From Clostridiales bacterium DTU073 (GTDB taxonomy: Bacteria; Bacillota; Peptococcia; DRI-13; DTU073), in contig LFSF01000049.1 in assembly GCA_001512665.1 (NCBI GenBank), positions 794 through 58,257 on the forward strand: a stretch of DNA of 57,464 bases, read 5' to 3'. Below are positions 19,511-28,534 of this stretch, one piece after another (within the stretch, counting starts at the first letter, position 1; the number at the start of each line of letters is the position of its first letter). The position numbers and the translations under genes are program-made. Below the pieces are notes generated by a model, which had not been told where the DNA came from, searched no databases, and saw nothing but the letters and a program-made list of their open reading frames with translations.

Positions 19511-20164
19511 TTATAAATCGTTAAGTCCCATTTGTACATATGCCAACGTAATATTAGTCTTAGTAATTCTACCTATTACTTCTAAGCCTTCCCGCCCATT
19601 ATAGAATGCGGGTTTAACTACCGGAAGGGAATCGATCTCATGATCTACCAGTTTCTTAGCTGCACTCCATAAAGAATCATCTGCATTAATCGAAACAACA
19701 TTAGGCATTCTTGTCATCACAATATTGATTGGTATTTTATGAATATCTGCCTGACCTAGAACAATTTTTAATAAATCTTTACGGGAAACAACTCCTTCTA
19801 AAATTCCGCCTTCACTAGTGATATACAGAGAACCTACATCATTCTGAAATAAATTAACAATAGCATCATAAACAGTTACACCCTCATCAACAACAACCGG
19901 CGCTGACATCCAATCTTTAACTTTAAGATTCTTTACATATTCCGTTACTTGAGAAACCAGTCTTTTTCCCGTGTAATAATAACCAACTCTAGGACGCGCC
20001 TCTAAAAAACCACATTTAGTCAAAAAAGCAAAATCTGGTCGCAGGGTGGACCTAACTACACCCAAGATGTCAGCAATATCCTCCCCAATAATCGGGCCCT
20101 TTTCCTGAACAATTTTCAGAATCTGCTCCTGGCGCTCCGTTAATTGAATCTTAATCACCTCCAT
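19511..20164 (-). CDS. ccpN: CcpN-like transcriptional repressor (HTH plus CBS pair)
   Basis: LTERQEQIL..V, TLRPD, ARPRVGYYY, GVVSRKDLL, MTRMPN, GRITKTNI; synteny after glyS; true start may be ATT 20149. Confidence 0.9.
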   Translation of the reverse strand: MEVIKIQLTERQEQILKIVQEKGPIIGEDIADILGVVRSTLRPDFAFLTKCGFLEARPRVGYYYTGKRLVSQVTEYVKNLKVKDWMSAPVVVDEGVTVYDAIVNLFQNDVGSLYITSEGGILEGVVSRKDLLKIVLGQADIHKIPINIVMTRMPNVVSINADDSLWSAAKKLVDHEIDSLPVVKPAFYNGREGLEVIGRITKTNITLAYVQMGLNDL

Positions 20165-20174
20165 ATTATTTTAT

Positions 20175-20238
20175 TGTGTTATACTTTTTAAGTTTTTTAT
20201 CTAATAATGTTACACTATTTATTATTTTAATACATACT
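20175..20238. promoter_or_regulatory. Candidate CcpN operator sites
   Basis: TGTGTTATACT at 20175-20185 matches the recalled CcpN consensus TGTGYYATACT; weaker copies end at 20216 and 20238. Confidence 0.5.
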
Positions 20239-20299
20239 TATCATTTTTGAAAGTAAAAATAGCTATATTTTTTGAAAACCAACTTTATATTTTATGGAA

Positions 20300-22375
20300 T
20301 TACACAATTTTACTTAGATCTCCCACTTTTTGTGTCAAATTAACTAAACACCTTAACAGACCCAAACGATTATTACGTACCTTATCATCCTCACACATCA
20401 CCATAACAGCAGTGAAAAAATCATTAACATAACCGGTTAGAGTAGAAAGTTCATTAATCACTTCAGTAAAATTTCTTTGTGTAAGAAAAGGATTAAGCTT
20501 TTCTTCAGTTCTTGCTAATGCTTCATAAAGCAGTTTCTCTGTATCATCCTCAAAATAACTGGGGTCAATTTTTCCACCGGAGTTCTTTTTGGATAAGTTA
20601 TAAGCTCGCGTAAATATAGTTAATAATTCTTTAAATTCCGTTTCATCCTTCATGCGACTTAGAACTTCCGCTCTCTTCAATGTGGTAAGTAAATCCCCGT
20701 TTTCCACAGCAAGTACGGCATCTATTACATCATATTTATGTTCTTTTTCTGTTAGAATATTTTTTATCCGTGCTTGGAAAAAATCTCTAATTTTATCAAC
20801 TGTTTCTTGTCCAAGGTTTGCTGAAGGAACAATTCCTTGATAATTAGCTAAAGCTATTTCTGTCAATTCGTTAAGATTTAATTCAAACTGATGCTCTAAA
20901 ATAATCAGACAGACCCCTAAGGCCTGACGCCTCAAAGCGTAGGGATCTTGCGATCCGGTAGGTTCTATGCCAATAGCAAAACATCCGACTAAAGTATCCA
21001 TTTTATCCGCGATACTTACTAGCGCTCCCTCTAAACTTGCCGGTAGATCATCTCCGGCATAACGAGGCTGATAATGTTCTAAAATCGCCTGTGCTACCGC
21101 TTGGTCTTCTCCTGATTCAAGAGCATAATAACGCCCCATAATTCCTTGAAGTTCCGGGAATTCACCCACCATATTTGTCACCAAATCAGCTTTAGCTAAC
21201 TGAGCAGCACGACAAGCTTTTTGGGTAAGAGTACAATCCAGCTGTAACTTTTCAGCAAGCCGAGAAACTATATTCACGACCCGCTCCGTTTTTTGCGCAA
21301 CCGTACCTAAGCTTTCTTGAAAAACAATCTTCTCGAGACGCGGCAAATAATCTTCCAACTTAGTTTTTAAATCCTCTTCCCAGAAAAAGCGTGCATCTGC
21401 TAATCTAGCTTTTAACACCTTCTCATTTCCTGCGCGCACAAGATCCAGATATTCAGAATTTCCATTACGCACAGTGATAAAACGATTTAGAAGATTGCCC
21501 TCCTGATTGCGCACAGGGAAATAGCGTTGATGCTCCCGCATAGGAGTTATAATAACTTCCTCGGGCAAACTCAAATATTCGGCAGAAAAACTACCAACTA
21601 AAGCTGTAGGCCATTCAAGTAAAAAAACTACTTCCTCTAACAATTTCTCGTCTTCTTGTAACTTGCCTTGAATTTTATCGGCTTCAGCCTGAATCTGCCG
21701 CCAGCACTCTGCTTTTCTGACGTCTTGGTCTACCAAGACATAATTATCCTTTAATTGTGCCTCATAAGTAAGCGGATGCTCGATCACAATTTGTTGTTCA
21801 CCTAAAAAGCGATGTCCTCTGGTAATTCTGTCAGCATGTAGCCCCACCATTTCTATAGGAATTATCTGTTCATCCAGAAGGGAAACCAACCAACGAATAG
21901 GACGGGCAAAACGCATTTCATGTGCACCCCAACGCATAGGTTTGGGAAAATTAATTTCTTTAATCAGCTGAGGTACAATTTCCGCAAGAACTTCCGCAGT
22001 TGGTCTACCTTTTGTCTCTTTCAAGGCATAGACATATTCGCCATTCTCTGAATCTCTCACCACTAAATCTTCTACAGAAACACCTTGAGAGCGGGCAAAA
22101 CCTAAAGCAGCCTTAGTCGGTTGACCTAAAGAATCAAAAGCCGCTTTTTTCGCCGGTCCACGTACCTCAAGACGCAAATCTTCTTCCTTATCAGCCATAC
22201 CCTCAACTATAAGCGCCAAACGACGGGGCGTTCCCATTGTACGAATACTATCAAATTTTATCCTTTGTTTTTGTAACTTATTTACCGCTAATTCTTTTAA
22301 TTGCGCTAAAGCCCCGGTCATAAATTTTGCCGGGATTTCTTCAGTCCCGATTTCTAATAAATAATCTGCCATCAA
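20300..22375 (-). CDS. glyS: Glycine--tRNA ligase beta subunit
   Basis: LLEIGTEEIP, TPRRL, MRWG..F.RPIRW, EFPELQG, TGSQDPYALRR. Confidence 0.99.
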   Translation of the reverse strand: MMADYLLEIGTEEIPAKFMTGALAQLKELAVNKLQKQRIKFDSIRTMGTPRRLALIVEGMADKEEDLRLEVRGPAKKAAFDSLGQPTKAALGFARSQGVSVEDLVVRDSENGEYVYALKETKGRPTAEVLAEIVPQLIKEINFPKPMRWGAHEMRFARPIRWLVSLLDEQIIPIEMVGLHADRITRGHRFLGEQQIVIEHPLTYEAQLKDNYVLVDQDVRKAECWRQIQAEADKIQGKLQEDEKLLEEVVFLLEWPTALVGSFSAEYLSLPEEVIITPMREHQRYFPVRNQEGNLLNRFITVRNGNSEYLDLVRAGNEKVLKARLADARFFWEEDLKTKLEDYLPRLEKIVFQESLGTVAQKTERVVNIVSRLAEKLQLDCTLTQKACRAAQLAKADLVTNMVGEFPELQGIMGRYYALESGEDQAVAQAILEHYQPRYAGDDLPASLEGALVSIADKMDTLVGCFAIGIEPTGSQDPYALRRQALGVCLIILEHQFELNLNELTEIALANYQGIVPSANLGQETVDKIRDFFQARIKNILTEKEHKYDVIDAVLAVENGDLLTTLKRAEVLSRMKDETEFKELLTIFTRAYNLSKKNSGGKIDPSYFEDDTEKLLYEALARTEEKLNPFLTQRNFTEVINELSTLTGYVNDFFTAVMVMCEDDKVRNNRLGLLRCLVNLTQKVGDLSKIV

Positions 22376-23260
22376 TTATACCCCCTGTTCCTTTCCCTTT
22401 ATTAAGGGATACCCTAAAGATTCCCGTTGCTCAACATAGGCTTGAGCACATAACCGCGCCATATTTCTCACTCTGGCAATAAAACTGGTCCTTTCCGTAA
22501 CACTAATTGCACCACGGGCATCAAGAAGATTAAAAGTATGGGAACACTTTAAAACATAATCATAAGCAGGTTGTACCAGTTTCTTTTCTACTAAGCGCAA
22601 TGCTTCCTGTTCATAAGCATCAAAAAGTTTAAATAACAAATCCGTATCTGCAACTTCAAAATTATAATGGGAATAATCTACTTCTGTCTGATGATGAATA
22701 TCTCCATAAGTTATCCCCTTAACCCATTCAATGTCATAAACATTTTCTTTCCCTTGAATAAACATGGCGATACGTTCCAAGCCATAAGTTAATTCTGCAC
22801 ATACAGGATGACAGTCAATTCCTCCACACTGTTGAAAATAAGTAAACTGTGTTACCTCCATACCATCTAACCAAACTTCCCAGCCTAACCCCCAAGCACC
22901 TAATGTTGGAGATTCCCAATTGTCCTCCACAAAACGCAAGTCATGTTCTAGCAGATTAATACCCAATTCTTTCAGACTATCTAAATACAATTCCTGCACA
23001 TTATCCGGAGAAGGTTTTAAAATAACCTGATACTGATAATAGTGCTGCAGACGATTAGGATTCTCCCCATAACGTCCGTCTGTGGGACGACGGGAGGGCT
23101 CGACATAAGCCACATTCCACGGCTCAGGTCCCAATGCCCTTAAAAAAGTGGCCGGATTCATTGTCCCTGCACCTTTTTCCAAATCATAAGGTTGTTGAAT
23201 AATACAACCTTGCTCTCCCCAAAACTTATTCAAAGCTAAGATTATTTCTTGGAAATTCAT
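22376..23260 (-). CDS. glyQ: Glycine--tRNA ligase alpha subunit
   Basis: [42 protein letters not shown]. Confidence 0.99.
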   Translation of the reverse strand: MNFQEIILALNKFWGEQGCIIQQPYDLEKGAGTMNPATFLRALGPEPWNVAYVEPSRRPTDGRYGENPNRLQHYYQYQVILKPSPDNVQELYLDSLKELGINLLEHDLRFVEDNWESPTLGAWGLGWEVWLDGMEVTQFTYFQQCGGIDCHPVCAELTYGLERIAMFIQGKENVYDIEWVKGITYGDIHHQTEVDYSHYNFEVADTDLLFKLFDAYEQEALRLVEKKLVQPAYDYVLKCSHTFNLLDARGAISVTERTSFIARVRNMARLCAQAYVEQRESLGYPLIKGKEQGV

Positions 23261-23307
23261 TTAAATCACACTCCTACTTTATATACCATAAATAAAATTA
23301 AAATATA

Positions 23308-23507
23308 AAAAACCTCTCTCCCAGCAGCCTAAAAGCTGTAGGGACGAGAGGTTATTCCCGCGGTTCCACCCTGCTTGGTCAAAAACAGACCCTCTTTGTA
23401 TGCCTTTACTTGGTTCAGGGCGCCTTTTCCCTACTTCACACACCAGGCTTTCACCCTCCCCGGCTCGCTATAGTTGTTAACGTAAGTACTCTTCCCTTCA
23501 TCACCAT
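23308..23507 (-). promoter_or_regulatory. Glycine T-box riboswitch with terminator
   Basis: T-box AGGGTGGAACCGCG (23358-23376), AGTA/GAA and GGTGAAA stem I motifs, GGC specifier at 23422-23424, terminator 23308-23353. Confidence 0.95.
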
Positions 23508-23528
23508 ATTTAATTAACTTTTAACATT

Positions 23529-23557
23529 AATTTATCAAAGCAAAAGCTCTTTGTCAA
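23529..23557 (-). promoter_or_regulatory. SigA promoter of the glyQS leader
   Basis: TTGACA-N17-TAAATT with extended TG. Confidence 0.75.
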
Positions 23558-24486
23558 CTCTCCTGATACGGGTCTGTATGCACTAAAGAATTCACCTTTA
23601 ATTGCTTATTCAATATTTTCTCTACAAAATCCGCAATGTAATGTGACTGCCTTACACTTAACTCCGGTTCAACTTCTATATGCACATTAACATATTTCTT
23701 TTGTCCATATTGATGTACCTGGATATCATGGATATTTTTTACACCATCAACATTTAAAACAATCTCCTTTACTTCCTGAATAAATTCTTTTGTAGGAGCT
23801 TTACCAATGATTTCACTGCTGCAATCCCTAATTAACTCCAACCCCGTATATATAATAAGGAAAGAAACTATTATCCCTAATACCGCATCTATGACATAGA
23901 AGCCAAATTGAGTCATAAATAATGCTACTGCCAGTAACAAAGAAGCTATAGCATCACTACGATGATGCCAGCCATCAGCTATTAGAGACTGAGAATTAAT
24001 TCTTAATCCCAAAAATCGGGCAAAATCAAAGAGCCACTCCTTGATAATCGCTGAAAAGATCAAGACAACAAAAACGGTAAATTTGTAATCTACCGGTTCA
24101 GGATTAAGTAACTTCCCTATGGATTGCTTTAAAAACTCCGCCCCAGCCAAAATAAGGACTGCCGAGACAATAAATGTGGTGACATATTCTGCCCGACCAT
24201 GTCCAAAAGGGTGCTCTTCATCCTGCGGCTTTTCCGAGATTTTAAAACCAAGAATAATAGCTATAGAGGTTAGGACATCAGAAAAAGTATGAAAGGCATC
24301 GGCAAGTAAAGAAATACTATTTATCCACAAAGCGCAAATTATTTTCACAACTGCCATTACCATATTAAGAACAATACTAAGCCAACCTTCCAAATAACCA
24401 TAAGCAGCACGTACATGTTGATCGCCGGTATTTTCCCACGCCGGAATCATCTTTTTTAAGATGTACTCATTAATTTTTTGAAACAT
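23554..24486 (-). CDS. Cation diffusion facilitator (CDF) family metal exporter
   Basis: SLLADAFHTFSD, HPFGHGRAEY, ADGWHHRSD, C-terminal HIEV/HTDP; start likely ATG 24486. Confidence 0.95.
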   Translation of the reverse strand: MFQKINEYILKKMIPAWENTGDQHVRAAYGYLEGWLSIVLNMVMAVVKIICALWINSISLLADAFHTFSDVLTSIAIILGFKISEKPQDEEHPFGHGRAEYVTTFIVSAVLILAGAEFLKQSIGKLLNPEPVDYKFTVFVVLIFSAIIKEWLFDFARFLGLRINSQSLIADGWHHRSDAIASLLLAVALFMTQFGFYVIDAVLGIIVSFLIIYTGLELIRDCSSEIIGKAPTKEFIQEVKEIVLNVDGVKNIHDIQVHQYGQKKYVNVHIEVEPELSVRQSHYIADFVEKILNKQLKVNSLVHTDPYQES

Positions 24487-24526
24487 AAAAAGCTCCTCCA
24501 AAAAACAACAGGATATTATTAAGTAT

Positions 24527-24698
24527 AAAAAAACCTATGGAACTTAACAGAAGTCCCACAGGTTTTCCCTGCTGCGTTAATGCCCGACTTCATCACAAGA
24601 TCTATAAACCAACTTTCTACTTTACAAAAAGTATAGTTTTTTATCTTATCTTGTAATGGTCTGCTCTTCATCAAGAAGATTACCTATCCCTCTTGACT
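24527..24698 (-). ncRNA. NiCo (czcD)-like metal-sensing riboswitch with overlapping terminator
   Basis: Minus strand GAGCAGACC...GTCGGGC...GCAGCA...TGTGGGAC; terminator AAACCTGTGGGAC/GTTCCATAGGTTTTTT shares the aptamer 3' strand; lies upstream of a CDF gene. Confidence 0.68.
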
Positions 24699-24726
24699 GC
24701 ATCATTTGCTATAAATATTAATACCT

Positions 24727-24754
24727 AGTATAACAGCTGTGAAAAAATTGTCAA
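24727..24754 (-). promoter_or_regulatory. SigA promoter of the riboswitch-CDF transcript
   Basis: TTGACA-N16-TATACT with extended TG. Confidence 0.7.
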
Positions 24755-24791
24755 TACCCACTTTCTTGCCTTACCTTAAATATACTATGAG

Positions 24792-25238
24792 CTAATTATC
24801 CTGTTCGTTACTATTTTCTTCCTCCAAAAATTTCAAATCATGGTGTTCGACATTGCCATTCGGACGTACAATTTCCAAGGTGTAATCATTAACAAAAGCC
24901 GCAATGGTTCCAACAACCCCAATTACGGTAAGAATCGGGCTAAGTAAAATCCCACCAACACCAAGAGCTCCAATCGTAGCCGATATTTCCCACACTACCT
25001 TATCTTTCTTTTTTATTCTTACTTTTGTTACATTGCCTTTTTTTATAATATCTTTAATGTAATCTATTAATTTCTGACCCTTTTCCTCAAGTTTATCATC
25101 CCATTTTTTATTAGGCCCCTCCAGATTAATCAGAGCTTGCACAACATCACCGTCTGCTGCTTGTAAGGCCTCTTGAGCCTCTTTATAGGTAACACCTAAC
25201 CTTTCTCTGATAATATCTATTTTTTCTAATTCGTCCAT
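24792..25238 (-). CDS. DUF4342 domain protein with N-terminal UBA-like helical domain
   Basis: LEKIDIIRERLGVTYKEAQEAL, IKKGNVTKVRIKK. Confidence 0.8.
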   Translation of the reverse strand: MDELEKIDIIRERLGVTYKEAQEALQAADGDVVQALINLEGPNKKWDDKLEEKGQKLIDYIKDIIKKGNVTKVRIKKKDKVVWEISATIGALGVGGILLSPILTVIGVVGTIAAFVNDYTLEIVRPNGNVEHHDLKFLEEENSNEQDN

Positions 25239-25272
25239 ATTAAAACCTCCCTATAAATGGTTGTTATAATGT

Positions 25273-26046
25273 TTATTCTACCCTGTTTTTATTGAAAAAA
25301 GTATTATTCGCCCATATTTCTTTTAAAACACGACGTGACTTAAGAGGATAATCTAACTGATAAATAATGAACCTTTCTAACACATCATCCAATATCTTTA
25401 ATCCTTCTCTACTTACTTTCAATCTTTTTAGCATACTTAAATTCATTCTTTGAATTTGCCGCCAAACCTTTAAGGTCTCCGGGGTAAAAAACACAGTGTC
25501 CTCTTTCTTACAACAAGAACATACGACACCTCCTCCTCCCACTGAAAAGAAGACTTTCTGTTCTTCCAACAAAGACCTTCCACAGGAAACGCAACAATCC
25601 ATATTAGGCATAAATCCTAAAAGAGAAAGAAGCTTTATTTCCAGTGCCCTGATAATTAATTCATGATGTTCTAACGCCAAAAGATGAAATCCCGCTAAGG
25701 CCAGAGTATATAATTCGGCATCATTTTGCTCCATAGGAATAAACGAATCCAATAATTCACACCAATAGCATGCTGCCGCCATTGCCTCCATATCATTTCC
25801 TACCGTCGTAAAAGCTTCTAAACACTCACTCTGTGTTACAACATCTAAGTTGCGCCCCTCAGACAAAAGCATTTCATTATGGGTAAATAACTGCACCCCT
25901 CCCCGAAGTCGGCTCTTGGCTTTTCTAACTCCTTTAGCAATAGCACTTATTTTTCCTTTTTTCTGTGTTAGCAAAGTAAGCAGACAATCTGCCTCTCGAT
26001 ATTTTCTACTACGTAAAACCAAAGCCTTTGTTTTATACAGGCTCAA
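25273..26046 (-). CDS. recO: DNA repair protein RecO
   Basis: Y.EAD..LTLLT..GKISAIAKGVRK.KSRL, C-terminal Cys cluster; synteny. Confidence 0.95.
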   Translation of the reverse strand: MSLYKTKALVLRSRKYREADCLLTLLTQKKGKISAIAKGVRKAKSRLRGGVQLFTHNEMLLSEGRNLDVVTQSECLEAFTTVGNDMEAMAAACYWCELLDSFIPMEQNDAELYTLALAGFHLLALEHHELIIRALEIKLLSLLGFMPNMDCCVSCGRSLLEEQKVFFSVGGGGVVCSCCKKEDTVFFTPETLKVWRQIQRMNLSMLKRLKVSREGLKILDDVLERFIIYQLDYPLKSRRVLKEIWANNTFFNKNRVE

Positions 26047-26088
26047 GATCTATCCCCTCAATTCACAAATTCCGTTCTCCTCTTATTC

Positions 26089-26217
26089 TTAAGAATTTAT
26101 CTTCCTTCTCAAAAATTTATACTTCTTTTGTTTTAATTCACAAAAAATAAGATAAGCGCCAATGTTACCTGTTGCCAAAAAATAATCCCAGAAAACTTTG
26201 TTCTTTAGTTGAACCAT
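26089..26217 (-). CDS. yqzL: YqzL family small protein (42 aa; below the ORF-track cutoff)
   Basis: MVQLKNKVFWDYFLATGNIGAYLIFCELK...; AGGAGGT RBS; canonical position before recO. Confidence 0.85.
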   Translation of the reverse strand: MVQLKNKVFWDYFLATGNIGAYLIFCELKQKKYKFLRRKINS

Positions 26218-26353
26218 GTATCCTTACCTCCTGAGATTTTATTTGTAAATTTAAACTTACACGCTTACTTGCATCTATATACTAGCTTTTTATTACCAAA
26301 AATATAGCGACTCTGGATTGACACTTTTAATTATACCTAATCCGGAAAAAGAA

Positions 26354-26392
26354 AACAAAGAGCCGTAAAAATTTTTTTATCGACTCTTTGTT
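26354..26392 (-). terminator. Probable terminator after deoC
   Basis: AACAAAGAG.CG...CGACTCTTTGTT stem with an A-tract on the left. Confidence 0.6.
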
Positions 26393-26402
26393 CTTGTCGA
26401 AG

Positions 26403-26467
26403 GGTGGCAGGGAGGGGACGATGGTGGCAGGGGGACGTTTCACCTGCCACCACCGTCCCCCTGCTAC
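26403..26467. repeat. GC-rich composite palindrome (REP/BIME-like)
   Basis: Two direct copies of GGTGGCAGGG(A)GGGGACG followed by the inverted CCTGCCACCACCGTCCCCCTGCTAC. Confidence 0.75.
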
Positions 26468-26471
26468 GTCT

Positions 26472-27164
26472 TCAGTTTTTATCCTTCTGATATTGTTCTA
26501 AATACTGAGTAACAATATTTTTACCGCTGCTTGTACCAAGTCGGCTGGCTCCTGCCAATAACAGTTTTTCCGCCTGAGCCCAAGTCCTGATTCCTCCCGC
26601 AGCTTTCACTTTAGCTTTCTCGCCTACCGTTTCGACCATTAACCTGACATCATCAACTGTTGCTCCTCCACAATTAAACCCGGTAGAAGTTTTTACAAAA
26701 TCTGCTCCTGCTTTCACCGCCAATTCACAAGCTATTCTCTTTTCCTCTGCAGTTAGCAAAGCTGTTTCAATAATCACTTTGACAACCTTACCGGAAAATG
26801 TATGGGCTACCTTAACAACCTCCTCTATCTCGGTAAAAACATCGGAAATACGTCTGTCTTTTAAAGCGCCAATATTCAAAACCATATCTACCTCAGCTGC
26901 GCCATCCGTAAATGCTCTTTGTGCTTCCAGAGCTTTAATCCCCCAACTATTAGCTCCCAATGGAAAACCTACTACTGTAGCCACAACAACCGAAGACGCT
27001 TGTAATTGTTGCACACAAAATGGTACAACATAAGGCAAAACACAAACTGCCTTAAGCCCTAATTCCTTAGCTTCACAGCACAGATGAAAAAAATCTTTTT
27101 GTGTTGCATCAGGCTTTAATAGGGTATGATCAATACTTTGGATAAGCTCTTTTAAACTGAACAA
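26472..27164 (-). CDS. deoC: Deoxyribose-phosphate aldolase
   Basis: IDHTLLKP, VGFPLG, EVDMVLNIG, KVIIET, FVKTSTGF, KAAGGIR. Confidence 0.98.
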   Translation of the reverse strand: MFSLKELIQSIDHTLLKPDATQKDFFHLCCEAKELGLKAVCVLPYVVPFCVQQLQASSVVVATVVGFPLGANSWGIKALEAQRAFTDGAAEVDMVLNIGALKDRRISDVFTEIEEVVKVAHTFSGKVVKVIIETALLTAEEKRIACELAVKAGADFVKTSTGFNCGGATVDDVRLMVETVGEKAKVKAAGGIRTWAQAEKLLLAGASRLGTSSGKNIVTQYLEQYQKDKN

Positions 27165-27187
27165 AACAAAGCCTCCTCATCGTAACC

Positions 27188-28087
27188 TTAATCAGAATGC
27201 TGATACCCTAAAACACGAATGCTTTTCATGCTATTACGCCAATTTTCTTTTACCTTTACCCATAACTCCAAAAAGACTTGTGTTCCCAAAAGACCTTCTA
27301 TCTCCTTACGAGCTAACGAACCAATCGTTTTCAGCATTTCTCCTTTTTTCCCGATAATAATGGTCTTTTGCGAAGCCCGTTCCACATAAATGGTGGCACC
27401 TACATAGAGAAGCTTCTCAGACCTTGGTTCCATTAAATCAACAACTACAGCAACAGAATGAGGGATCTCCTCCCTTGTAGATAAAAGGATCTTTTCCCTA
27501 ATTAATTCCGCTATAAGAATTCTTTCCGGTTGATCAGTAAGAGCATCCGGAGGATAATACATTGGTCCCTCCGGCAATAAGTCTGCTGTCGCTTTGAGTA
27601 AAGAGTCTAAATTTTCCCCTGTAAGAGCAGATATAGGGACTATTCCTGTCCATTTACCTTTCTGATGATAAAAATCAATCAAAGGTAACAGGTCAGGTTT
27701 TTTTATTCTATCTATTTTATTTAAGAGTAAAAAAATAGGAGTGTCCACTTTTTGTAGCTTTTCGATAAGATAAGACTCCCCACCCCCAAATGGCACGGTG
27801 GCATCAATTACATAATAAATAATATCTACTTCATGCAAAGTATTCATAGATGTGCTAACCATAACTTTTCCTAATTGATCTAGCGGTTTATGAATCCCGG
27901 GAGTATCTAAAAAAATGACTTGAAAATTAGTTTCCGTTAAAACCCCGGCTATTTTATTTCTTGTCGTCTGGGGTTTGTCAGAAATAATAGCTACTTTTTG
28001 ACCTATGATTTTATTTAAAAGCGTGGATTTACCCGCATTTGGTCGACCCACCAAAGCAACAAAGCCTGATTTAAAGCCTTCCTTCAT
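27188..28087 (-). CDS. era: GTPase Era
   Basis: GRPNAGKSTL, KPQTTR, DTPG, NKID, KH domain. Confidence 0.99.
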   Translation of the reverse strand: MKEGFKSGFVALVGRPNAGKSTLLNKIIGQKVAIISDKPQTTRNKIAGVLTETNFQVIFLDTPGIHKPLDQLGKVMVSTSMNTLHEVDIIYYVIDATVPFGGGESYLIEKLQKVDTPIFLLLNKIDRIKKPDLLPLIDFYHQKGKWTGIVPISALTGENLDSLLKATADLLPEGPMYYPPDALTDQPERILIAELIREKILLSTREEIPHSVAVVVDLMEPRSEKLLYVGATIYVERASQKTIIIGKKGEMLKTIGSLARKEIEGLLGTQVFLELWVKVKENWRNSMKSIRVLGYQHSD

Positions 28088-28533
28088 TTAACATATTCCT
28101 CCCCGGCCTTTTTGAATCGAAAAGTATAAGGTAATAATTTTTCAACAGTAGTATGCACTATCTTTCCCTTTAGATTACACATAAACACTTCTAATTCCGG
28201 AGAAAATTCAGCCAAAACCTGACGACATGCTCCGCAAGGAGAAGCAGGTGTCTCACCATCAGTTACGAGAACCAAAGCCCGAAACGAAGAACAGCCTTGA
28301 GAAACTGCTTTAAATACCGCTACCCTTTCCGCGCAAACAGATAAGCCATAGGAAGCGTTTTCCACATTACAACCGGTAAAAATTTCTCCCTCACTACTTA
28401 ATATTGCAGCACCTACCGAAAAATGCGAATAGGGAGCATAGGCATATTCCCTTACTTGTTTGGCAGCAGCATACAACTCCTGAAAAAACTTTCTATTTGC
28501 TTCTTGGAAATTTGGATTTCCCATTTTCATCAC
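28084..28533 (-). CDS. cdd: Cytidine deaminase
   Basis: AYAPYS.F.VGAA, GCNVENASY, CAER, PCGACRQ. Confidence 0.97.
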   Translation of the reverse strand: MMKMGNPNFQEANRKFFQELYAAAKQVREYAYAPYSHFSVGAAILSSEGEIFTGCNVENASYGLSVCAERVAVFKAVSQGCSSFRALVLVTDGETPASPCGACRQVLAEFSPELEVFMCNLKGKIVHTTVEKLLPYTFRFKKAGEEYVK

Positions 28534-28534
28534 C

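Noticed and set aside
19086-19604. Long plus-strand ORFs here and at 35165-35656, 37286-37702 and 46316-47158
   Set aside because: Antisense shadows of ppdK, yqfD, floA and dnaK; no RBS or family motifs
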